Origin: Paraspadella gotoi
Lineage: Eukaryota; Animalia; Chaetognatha
Assembly (NCBI GenBank): GCA_051294375.1
Contig: CM119266.1
Location: forward strand, 5,503,210-5,567,207
Direction: 5' to 3'
Length of the DNA: 63,998 nt
Shown here: piece after piece, positions 43,403 through 53,655 of the stretch
Layout of the letters: the number at the start of each line of letters is the position of its first letter
How positions within the stretch are numbered: position 1 is the stretch's first letter
Program-made: the position numbers and the translations under genes
The notes under the pieces: generated by a model
The model's database searches: none
Seen by the model: the letters and a program-made list of their open reading frames with translations, nothing else
Told to the model about the DNA's origin: nothing

Positions 43403-44911
43403 GAGAGAGCGAGAGAGGAGATAGAGAGAGAGAAAGAGAGATAAAGAGGAGAAAGGGAGAATGAGACGAAAACTTAGTTTTTTATTTAAAACATTAATTA
43501 AATAAGAGAAGGACCCTTCATAAATTTTAGTATTTTTGGTATTAGCATAATAAAAATTGGGAATAATAAACTTCATACAACCTCCTTGAAAGTTTATTTC
43601 CGCTTTCTTTAAATTGTTACGCAAAGACAAATAATTTAAATAATTTTCTTGAAAAAATTTGAGCCAAAATCACAAAATGGACAAATGAGTTGATTTGATC
43701 TTTTAGAATTGGATTCATCAAAATATTTTTCATTTAATGATCTTACTTTCAATCTACAGAATTCTGGTTTCCCTACATTAAAAGAGATAGATATGATCAT
43801 TTTTTCAAACCACTTTAACTTCGAGAAACAACTTTATTGTACTTTCGCATAAGCGCTAACTACGTCTGTTATGAAATAAAAACGTCAATTTTAAATATTG
43901 ATTAGTTTCCGTTTCCACAATAGTTTAATTGTTTTATAAATTTAGACTTAGAAATTACTTGTATGTTTAATGTTTATATTAGTCAATCACCCGTTCTAAT
44001 TCACAGGATTATTTTTCATCATGTCTCTCCTTCATCTCTCTACTCTCTCTCTCTCTTCGTCTTCTCTTCTCCTCTCTATCTCTCTTTCTGCATCTCTCTC
44101 TCTCTCTCTCCTCTCTCCTCTCTCTCTCTCTCTCTTCTCAATGACACTTGACCTCGGATAGCAAGTGACCAGCTAACCGATGCGGCATCTTCGTTTCGTC
44201 GTCGTCATCGTCGTCGTCGTCGTCATTGTAAAAAAGAAAACCTATTCGAAAATTCTGAACAGAAATCCTTGATCCTTCTTTCTTGCTCGCTCTCTCTCTC
44301 TCTCTCTCTCTCTTGCTCTCTCGTCTCTCTTCTCTTCTCTCTGCTCTCGTCTCTCTCTCTCTCACTCTTCTCTCTCTCTCTCGCTCTGAGAAAGGTTTAA
44401 AAGCTGAACATGACCATTGAAAAGATTTAAAACAAGTTTGAGCAAACGATCTGAGTGGTAATTATTAATTATTAATTTTTATTTATTAATCAGATTTCCG
44501 GCAATTTTTAGGGCTTTCATCACTGACAAAAGCAACGATACGTCGACGATAGGATAGCGACCGAGCATGATTGATTGATTGAATTGATTGAATTATTGAT
44601 GATTGATTTGATTGATTGATTGATTGATTGATTTGATTCGTTTATTATTTTTTTTTTATTTATTTATTTTTTTATTTGTTATTATTTTTTTTTGTTTTGC
44701 TTGATTGTTATACATAAAATAATTAATTGATAAATAAATGCAGCTCGAATTTACATTTAATATAATAAAACATAATTAATTAGTGAAAGATTTTTTTTCA
44801 TTTAATCTCAATTCCACCGCGATTCCATCGACAACTTGATTTCCAGCTCAATAACATATTCTGCTACTTAAATACAAAATTTCAAATCAATCGGCTTGAA
44901 ACATTCAACAG

Positions 44912-45526
44912 TAAGGCGTATGAAAGTTACATAACGAAAATCTAAATCGTCAATTAGAACAACATACACCTATCAGTGAACATTAATTTTGTAAAAAAAT
45001 AATTTTATGTTTTTTAATTTTTTGCAGTAGGCTATATTTATATATAGTACTATCCTTAATAAAATGAAAAATTTTCAAATAGGCTTTTCTTAAATTTTGA
45101 TTGCAGATTTGAATTCCTCGCAAAAGTTTGATAAAAGAAAAATATAATATTTTTTAAAAATTCCTTTCATTAAGTGGGTTTAAAAAATTACAAAAACTAT
45201 ATTTAATATATAAAGTTATTTTTCAGCCTTAAAATATAGCTTTTTTAATTTTTGACCCACTTAATGAATGAATTTTTTAAAAAAGAGTATATTTCTTTTT
45301 TATCACTTTTTATGACGAATCCAAATCTGCAAAAAATCTTAGAAAAACTGTTTTTGAAATTTTAAACATTTATTGGATTAGTACTAGTATAATATGGCCT
45401 ACTGCCGTAAATTGTAAAATTTATTATAAATTTTTTTTTTATACATAAATGTTCATTAGTATAATGTTGTTCGTTCCTACATTTTAGAATTTAATTAAAG
45501 TTAAATTTAGAATTTTATAAACCTTA
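44912..45526. mobile_element. Foldback MITE, duplicate-copy counterpart of 61157-61768
   Basis: Same termini, palindromic body and flanks, with indel noise. Confidence 0.8.
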
Positions 45527-45850
45527 TCAACCAGTAATTGAGGTTCAAAGCTCATGGGAGCAGAACGGACGGACAGACCAACAGACAGACAGACGGAAGG
45601 AAATCGATTATTTTTTTGCATATTTTTATAATTCGTATTCTGAAGAGATGATCAAAATGACTTATCGACAAGAATGTGTGGCGGGACCGACGACGCGACT
45701 AAAGTGAATTATTTATTATTAATATATAAATTTTAAAAAAAACCTTTTCGTTCCATTTATTGTTTTTTTATCTACGCCATTTGCTTTTTAAACTTTTCCT
45801 ATTAGTTACTTATACAAAAACTAATCAATCAATTGAATTTTTGTATTTTA
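45527..45850 (+). mobile_element. Helentron/DINE-1(HINE)-like non-autonomous repeat with GACG/GACA microsatellite, interrupted upstream by the foldback MITE
   Basis: caaaatttcaaatcaatcgg before the MITE, then (GACR)n and a core ...cttatcgacaag..tgtgtggcgggaccgacg..aaagtgaatta shared with a diverged copy at 52350-52640. Confidence 0.5.
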
Positions 45851-46044
45851 TATCAAATTACTTACGTCTCAACATTTGCAGCAATTGAAGATAAAATTCG
45901 AGCAAGTTAACCTCTCAAAAAAAAGCTTGGAAACGAAGCAGATGGTCCCCAGATATGGTGATTCGGACCAGAATAATATTTTTTTTAATCGGCATTTTCT
46001 TTTTGGTTCTTTTTGGTGCCACTAAATCTAAACTTCAGCTGAAA

Positions 46045-49000
46045 ATGATTTTTTTTGTCCTAATTCTTCTCGCGTTTTACTTTTCAAGTAAATGGGAGCA
46101 CGTTGGAAGAATTAAGAAAGAAAAGACGTGAGTTTAACTTCGAAACTTTGATAAAGTACACGGGGCGGGTGTGGGGATAATTCATCCAACGTTTTATAAG
46201 TAAGCACGTTAGGGTGTCGGCGGAATAAATTTTTAAACTAAATTTAAACTAACGGACTAACCAGCCATAGTCTCACATTAAAGTAAACCAGCAGGAAAAT
46301 TTTAAATTCAAACTTAATCGAAACAGGACGCAACGGCTTTTTCTACCTGCGAAATACAAACAAATGGGTGGACGATATGCTGAAGAGTGGAATGGACGAG
46401 TTTTGAAGAAACTGTGGGGCCGATTGTGCTTCCTCCGCAAACTGATCGAATTTCGACGTGAAGATTCTTTGGGAAAATGTCAAAGGGGGAGTCAACCTGA
46501 CGGAAGGAAAAATCACCAACGTTTTTAAATTCACAGGTTAATTTCCTGTCTCAGTTATCTAATGTGAAAAAATGATCAAAAGCGGAATATCAATAATATT
46601 TTTCATTAAGAATCGACGATGCGATATCCGGTTATGTTAACCAGCAAGTTTTGTCTATCTTAAAGCTGGAGTAGAGGGACATCCGGGGTACAGTCCCAAG
46701 AGGTAGAGGATGATCGTGAATTCTTCTTAATCCGGGTTCAAGTTTTCAAAAGGTAGGGGATATGGGATTGTGTCATTAAAATGACCTGATCGGAAAATCC
46801 ATACGCTTCTTAACAAAAATTTTAAATGGGCCCTCATATATGCGATTTTATTCGAATACCACGATGGTTGATTCAGTACAACATCATCAACAAACAACAA
46901 GACAGAACTCAGTCAAGCAAAAAAAAAAAATCATAAATAGAGAGAAAAAAACAGTTAATTCATAAAATTTTGTTAGATCCCAAAGACTCGCGAATCGTGA
47001 ATCTGAGTTCGAACTTTACTCGGTCACAAGGATTTATCATTTGGATCATTTCGTCATTCGTGCTTAGTTTATTCATTGGTTTTTTGAGTTTATACTGATT
47101 TTTGTAATTCCTTTTGTGTTTTAAAATAATAATTTTTATTGTACTGTTTGAATATCTATATGCTTTGATTATTTTATTAACGGTTAACCCCTTTTTTAAA
47201 CTCTCATAAACTCAGAGAAATAAAGAGACTATTTGATCGTCGATCTGCTCAAGCACCAAAATCATGCCTTTTGAAGAATTCTGGACTACCGAAGCATCTC
47301 GCCGGGGTTGAGGAGTTTCTCCAAATTTCTTCGAATATTCTCGGGGGCGTTTTCGAGGAGACGGGACGCGGCGGTCAACAAATTAATTAATTAAAAATTT
47401 AAACAATTAAAATTTGTTCTTATGTTTTGTAGAAAATGGAACAAGTTTTGAAGAAAGTAATTCTTCATGTGTATATATCTTTGAGATAAAGGTTTTCTTA
47501 CGATTATTAAAAATTGTAGATAGGTCGTGGGTATGCCAAACATACTCCTATGACTATTAGCCGCGGAGTATAAATACAAGAATAATAAAGGATCATTATT
47601 GTGCCCTCCTATTTTTTGAACCACACACCAATGTAAAACTATTCCTAACGATCCAAAAAATTAAAAATTCGCTGGCAATTTTTCCGTTCTATCGATTTTT
47701 ATAAATGGCGATAAGATGAAAAAAATTGGAAAAAATAGCAAATTTAAATAAATAAAAGTGATTAGTATTATTAATTTTTATAAATATAGCTAAAACCAAG
47801 TATTTAAAACTCTTTTTCAACTATATAAATATAAAAAAATTGTATTAAATAATGTTAAATATTATTAAAAAAATTTATTTTTTTGGTGAAAAATACCACA
47901 AAATTTTCAATAATGGAAAGATGGTTAATCAATAGTTTCAATCAAATATATATGAATAAGGAGATATATAAACTGTTTTCACTTGTAAAGACGTTACCTT
48001 TAATCTATTAATATTATAAAGTTTTTTCATTTTTTGAACCACAAAATTAAGCGAAATAATAAACTAAGGCGATTAGAAAACTAATAATTTATGGATCGTG
48101 TATTATTCAAGAGGGTGTTTAACTTTTATAATAAAACAAAATAGAAATAAATTATTAAAAAGGTTTTGTTTATGATATAAAACGCCATCAGGCATTTCAC
48201 CCAGGTGGCAACCTCACACTATTGTTGCCTTTAAGTAAGTCTGATATTTCTTTTTTTTTCTTTCCATTTTTATTGAGTTTGAGATAACGAACAGAGTTTA
48301 GAGAGGTTATTTTTAATATTTATAAATTATTGTTGTAAATGTTTTTAAAAACTCTTCTTCTTATTTTTTTTGAAAATTTATAAAATGAATTAAAAAACAA
48401 AAGAATGAACAAACACTTTAAAGCAATAGTGTCAAAAACTAAAACTGATATCAACAATAAAATTATGTAAATGAAAATGGTTAATCAGATCAGAGTTGTT
48501 TGGCTTAATCTCATTCTCCATTTTCCATAGCAGGCCTCTTGGGCGCGCGGCAAGGCCTAAGCACTCGCATTGTCACGGGGATGGCTGAACCTTTCAAAAG
48601 CACGCAAGTTGGGCTACACAAATGTTTTTGTGGTTATCCATCTAGTTTACGAATGAAAGTTTTGATCATTAAATATTTTAAATGGGAATGATGATCTAAA
48701 TATGTAAGAGGTTCCCAACTTTATTATGTTAAATAAAAAGCATTTAGGAAATAAATTTTTAATGCTAAAAAACAACAAAAAAGGTCGAAGAATAAAAACG
48801 AATAGCGATTATCAAACTAAGCCAACTTTGCCAGTCATGTCATTTAACACAACCGTAGCCATTGACCTGCAACGGGGCCAATAACTGGGTCTTGCCTCGA
48901 AGTTTTCACGCAAAGACAATTGAAAGTGCAGAATAAAGATAACATTACGTTTTGAGTTGCCCACTTTCTTACTCACTTTTAAAAAGGGCGACGCTGCAAA

Positions 49001-51399
49001 GTTTTTAAAGCTTGTTTATTTAGAAAGAATTGACAAGTTTTTGTTTTGCAGACGAATTTTTATTTATAGGTTGAAACAGACTTATGTTTCGATGGATGAA
49101 GACTTGTAAAACAAGTCGAAACATGTCTGTTCAACTATAAATAAATTCGTTTGGCAACCAAAAAACTTTTGTCAATTCTCTTAATAATAGTAACGAAAAA
49201 GGAAAGGATTACTTCAATATAGGCTTTGTTTATTAAATTAAAACGTGTGACGAGTTAAAACGTTCGACGTCAAAGGCTACTGCCCCTGACTCGTAAACAA
49301 TGCTTTACATAAAAAACAATCGGATATTCCCGAGTTTTCGGCGTTTCTTTTTCGGTCCTCATATCTGTTTGGTTTTTCCTTTCATTTCGTTGGGGTAATA
49401 GATTTAGAATAAATTCGGATTTTCACAACAAATTTATTTATTTTTCATCAAGTCATTTTTGTAGTTTTTATTACAAAAATCTTGGCAAAGTTTAAGTTGA
49501 GGAAGAGAGAGAGAGTGAAGAGAAATTCGCCTCGTTTTTCGTATAATTTTTTTTAGGGTCATTTTTCTCTCTCTCCAAATCTCGGCGCGTTTATTAACGT
49601 TGTTCATTTTTGAACGTTTACCTTATATAATTTTTTAATGATCGGCTTTTTCAGTCGTTTTTACGAACCATGCTTCGGGAAAGTCGTTGCTGCTCGTTGC
49701 CGAAAAACATTATTTTTACGGGTTTTTCGCGACTTATTTTGTCACCGGTTATTGTCAACGTATTTGCCACTTCTGTCTCTTAAACGTTTAAGTTTTGGGC
49801 AATTCTCGTTTTAATAACTCGCGGAAATAAAGTCAGCGAGACTCTATGCAAAATCATTTTTTTTTTGGACGGTTGGGGTGAGCGATCTTTCAAAAAATGA
49901 ACGGCGCTGGACGCAGAAAGCGTTGAGACAGAAGTTCTCTTCAGAAGAGAGAGAGAGAGAGGGAGGGAGGGAGTGACGTGAATCAGAGAGATAAAGCTTC
50001 CAACAAAGCGTAAGACGACGTCCGCGCTCTTTTTCTCCTATTGGCCAATGCCCACACGCCCGCCACGAGTGACAATACATTTTAGGATTATATTTATCTT
50101 ATTGTAAGCAAATTTAACATCCCTTGTCATATAGACTAAAAAGAGCCAACAAAATGCTTAAAATTCGATAGAGGTTTATGAAAATAGTACAAACATCTTC
50201 TGGATCTAAATCCATTTTGCTGAACAAATTGTAATAATACTTATTATTATTATTTACAGTTATTAATAATTGTATATATTTACAAGAGTAGTTCTTATTT
50301 AAACGATCCTTCCAATCTTTCCAATGAGAATTTTTTCATTTTGATAAAAAAAGAAGACAGATGGCCAGAGCGGATCTAACGGAAGGGAGGGAGAGTGGTA
50401 ATTGGGTAAGGCCTATGGTAATGGTAATTAAATATTTTTTAGTAAGCTTATTATAAGCGTATAAAGCTTGAATTTAGCTACTAAAAGTTTTTATAAGCTT
50501 TTAAAAAAGGATATTGACTGCGTTATGTGGATTGGAACCTTATTTTCCATTTTGCTTAATTTTTAACAATTTTTATGAAAATAACTTTATCTTTTTTTGA
50601 ATGACTCCAATATTTATATAAACATATTTTTTTATTTTTAAGGAGTAACAAACGGGTTTAAATTCTTTGTTTTTCAGCTTTATTTCACTTAAAAAAGTGA
50701 ACTTAATCAGCTTTCTTTGATATCAAATTTTTTGCTATTTTTTTAGCAATTTTTTTTGCATCAAATTGACATTTAATAAATCGTAGAACGGGAAATTGAG
50801 CGAGCGAATTTTCATTTTTTTTTATCTTGGGGTTAAGTATTATATCAAATACAAAAAATAAAGGGGACACAAGAGGTCATATATCATATTTTGTATTTAT
50901 GCTCCGCGCCTCATGACTATGTCAAATTGAAATTCTTTTAATTTTTTTTAAATTTCAGTTTAAAAATCGTAAAATAAAAGCGATCTCAGAGAAAGGGCGC
51001 TTATTTATATAGGTATTTCATTCTAAATATTAGAGAAATATTTTTTTAAAATGTTTTGGAATATATTCTTTTTCTGCTTCAGGATCTTACCACATAAGCT
51101 TCAAAAATTTGGCCACTTTGCACGATGCCTGGAACCGTGACGGTATCCGTCGATACGGTCCAACTGGCAATAGAAGTAAAGTATCGTTTTGGTAAACTTA
51201 AAATCATAATATAATTATCCAAAATGACTTTTTAAATTCCGAAAGGCGGCGCCAATTCTTTCGCGCCACGACGGGCGACACAACGTTTCTAATCTCGACC
51301 TCCCAGTCTTCACCTCAAAATTATTTGGGCAAAATCGGGATTTTCGGTGAACTCTCGTGGGTCAGCGCAGTCTCTTTTTCCGATGAGATGCACAAAAAG
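46045..51399 (+). CDS. Second (allelic or redundant) copy of the group-7-allergen-like gene, exons about 46045..46127, 46327..46536, 46611..46687, 51083..51175, 51246..51399; frameshifted by probable read errors
   Basis: Exon-by-exon near-identity to 62306-63852 with scattered 1-bp indels; intron 3 is expanded from 607 bp to about 4.4 kb by two insertions. Confidence 0.75.
46971..47380. mobile_element. Solo LTR (410 bp), TG...CA termini, probable AATT TSD (Gypsy-like)
   Basis: Begins TGTTAGA, ends GTCAACA; AATAAA at about 47219; absent from the duplicate copy (empty site ataaAATTaattaatt near 63215); AATT on both sides, with one extra T on the left. Confidence 0.75.
47558..50912. mobile_element. 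3355-bp DNA transposon with long (about 190 bp) imperfect TIRs and 8-bp TSD ATGACTAT (Mutator/Foldback-like, non-autonomous or decayed)
   Basis: TSD at 47550-47557 and 50913-50920; empty site with a single ATGACTAT at 63379-63386; left end TAGCCGCGGAGTATAAATACAA vs right-end reverse complement GAGGCGCGGAGCATAAATACAA, with similarity continuing through AAAATTCGCT..CCGTTCTA.CGATTT..AAAAAATAGCAAA. Confidence 0.9.
49016..49187. mobile_element. Penelope-like element remnant: inverted repeat with about 75-bp arms around a minimal hammerhead-like core
   Basis: AGAATTGACAA...ATGTTTCGA / TCGAAACAT...TTGTCAATTCT; the centre reads GATGA-A-GACTTGT-AAA-ACAAGTC-GAAACATGTC. Confidence 0.6.
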
Positions 51400-51630
51400 G
51401 TTTGGAGAATGAGATGGGAGGTGGCGAATCACGGGAGATATGAGATGGGAAATAAGGCGTTTTAAAATTAGGCTGAAGAGTGCTCTTCCGCACTACTTTA
51501 ATAAGTCACTTCTTGGCAGCCCATGGAACGGGTCCTCGGGCTTTGGACCTGGTTGAGGGTTTTCCTCGGCACCAATTTTCGCGGCCAAAACTCCACCGCT
51601 TCCCAGGGTTAGGTAACGCGCGGTTGGGGT

Positions 51631-51690
51631 TGAACCCGGTACTAGTGGTCATGACAGCTGATGAGCTCTACTCAATGAGCCACCGGGTCA
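51631..51690 (+). ncRNA. Type-III hammerhead-ribozyme-like motif (core GAA missing in this copy)
   Basis: ACCCGG-TA / CT(A)GT-GGTCATG-ACAG / CTGATGA / GCTC-TACTCAAT-GAGC / C / ACCGGGT: three helices and CUGAUGA in the canonical type-III order. Confidence 0.45.
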
Positions 51691-52349
51691 CGCCTGCTTA
51701 TAGGCGGTGAACTTATGAATACCCGACTAAATGCCGCCCCAGATTGTAACTCCACCCTGCACTGCTTCAGTGGAGGGAGGGGCGCAATCTCAGCAAGTCC
51801 AGGGGCCTGGAATCAGCTGACAGGAGGGCTCACGACTGAAGGTGTCATGCCTTATAGGCCGGGGTGAACTTATGTAAATCCCGCACTACAGGGAATCACG
51901 GTGAAGTGAAGCGGATTCGGATTGATAATGAGGATTCCCTGGATCAGGTGGGAATCACGTCAGACGTTTTCTCCGCCTCAATCAATCAAAAAACGAATGG
52001 GGGGAAAATTTCTGAGTCGAATGGACAAGCGTCCGGCGGACGAGGCGGTCCGGGCTATCGTCAATGACCACGCCTCCGCAATCTGAGTTCCGGGACGGAA
52101 GCGGTTCGGGCATATCGTCGATACCACGACTTCCGCAATCATGTCGATAAAATGATGTTTGGTTAGAAGGAAACGTTTAGTCGAAACTCAATTTATGCTG
52201 AAGTTTATATATTATATTATATACAGAAAATAAAAAATCTAAAAGTATAAGCTAAGAAACTCGCAATCACATGATAAAAAATTTGGACTCATGCCAAGAT
52301 TTAATGTTCCACAAAAAACAAATTTGATGCAGGAAAAACTAAGGTTTAT

Positions 52350-52640
52350 GCTTAAAAACGGACGGAGGACGGACGGACGGACGGACATCAATTATTTTGC
52401 AGAATTCTTCAAATTCGATATTCGAATATTATAAGTGACTTTACCGACAAGATTGTATGGGCGGACCGACGGAACCGATTAAAGTTAATTATATGAGCCG
52501 AATCTGCAGTAAGCAAGATCGGTCCTAAAAATAAAAAAAAATCTTTTCCGTTTCAAGTATTTTGTTTATTTTATTTACAGCCATTTTGTTTTTTAAACTT
52601 TTCTGTTCATTGACTTAAAGAATGCTACAACCAATATAAA
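52350..52640 (+). mobile_element. Diverged second copy of the GACG-microsatellite HINE-like repeat
   Basis: (GGAC)n followed by ttaccgacaagattgtatgggcggaccgacgg..aaagttaatta, a hairpin gccgaatctgc..gcaagatcggt and an A-run; homologous to 45560-45830. Confidence 0.5.
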
Positions 52641-52692
52641 AATTATACATTCATTTGATAAATAAAGCTATCTTGCCCCTGACTTTGGACAG

Positions 52693-52840
52693 GCTTTGAA
52701 GGTTTTAGGCCTCCATCACTCTTACAAGATCAAACGTAGGCGGACTCCTTGCAAGCTTTCCATCAAGCCTTATTCCACGGTCGAGTTTTATTAACTCGCG
52801 ACAGGTATTTAAGTGGTCTAAATGTTTCAAGAATGTTTTA
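52693..52840 (+). CDS. Candidate terminal exon of the group-7-allergen-like gene (ALKVLG...NVGGLLASFPSSLIP...), needs frameshift correction
   Basis: ggacag acceptor ending 52692 fits the phase-0 donor after AQK; the amphipathic helix-like translation fits the family C-terminus; only one error-prone copy is in the window. Confidence 0.35.
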
Positions 52841-53361
52841 ATATAATATAAAAAGGAATTTCTCACTCTTTGTTTCCTTCCCTCTATCCCTATTTTTTCT
52901 CTCCTCCTCCTCCCTCCTCCTCTTGCCTTTCTCTTCTCCTCCCTCTCCGAAGGTTGAGAGGTGCTTTATGCGAAGGCATAAAAATATTTCATCCTTTTAT
53001 CTTTTTCGCAATGAATTTATCTTTAAAGAGAAGCAATCCGTTCTCCTAGCCTTTGGCCAATCTCTCTCTCTCTCTCTCTCGTCTCTCTCTCTCTTCTCTC
53101 TCTCTATCTTCGTCATCATTCTCTCTCTCTTCTTCTTTTTTCAACAGCGATAGCGGATGTCAGAATATTTTTTTAGACAGGCTTCATCTTCGTTTTTTTT
53201 TTTTTTTTTTCCGTTTGACTTCGTCTCTCTTTGCAGAATCCGATTTTTTGATTTCGTTCGACGAATTTGAATGCAGGATTGGCAGATTGTTAGAACAGGG
53301 TGTGTTTTTGTCAGAGTCGGAGTTATGCTGAGAGCTAATTCGAGATGTTGTTCTTCGCGAC

Positions 53362-53589
53362 CGGAATGAATCCGAATCGACGTTTCGCTGTCGGGGTCAC
53401 GAGTTCGATCCCTGGTCGAAATCCCGGGCATCGGAACCCCGTCGGGCACTGAGGGGCTTTTTGATCGGGCAGAGGCAGGAAGCCGATCGGGCAGTACGAG
53501 CCGAAACGGGACGATAGAAAAAAAATTAGGGGGCGTGGCAAAGCGATGGAGCGAGGAAAGATCAAACTTGAAACTCATGACGAAATTAA

Positions 53590-53655
<66 letters not shown>

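Noticed and set aside
46045-51399. Calling the first allergen-like copy a true pseudogene or tandem paralogue
   Set aside because: Disruptions are scattered 1-bp indels at similar density in the flanks, consistent with read error; an alternative haplotype is more parsimonious
51743-51788. Twister-ribozyme-like ATTG-TAA-CTCCAC...GTGGAG-GG...CAAT
   Set aside because: P1/P2-like elements are present but the essential P4 loop (GGUNNCAAGCC-like) is absent; treated as a plain hairpin
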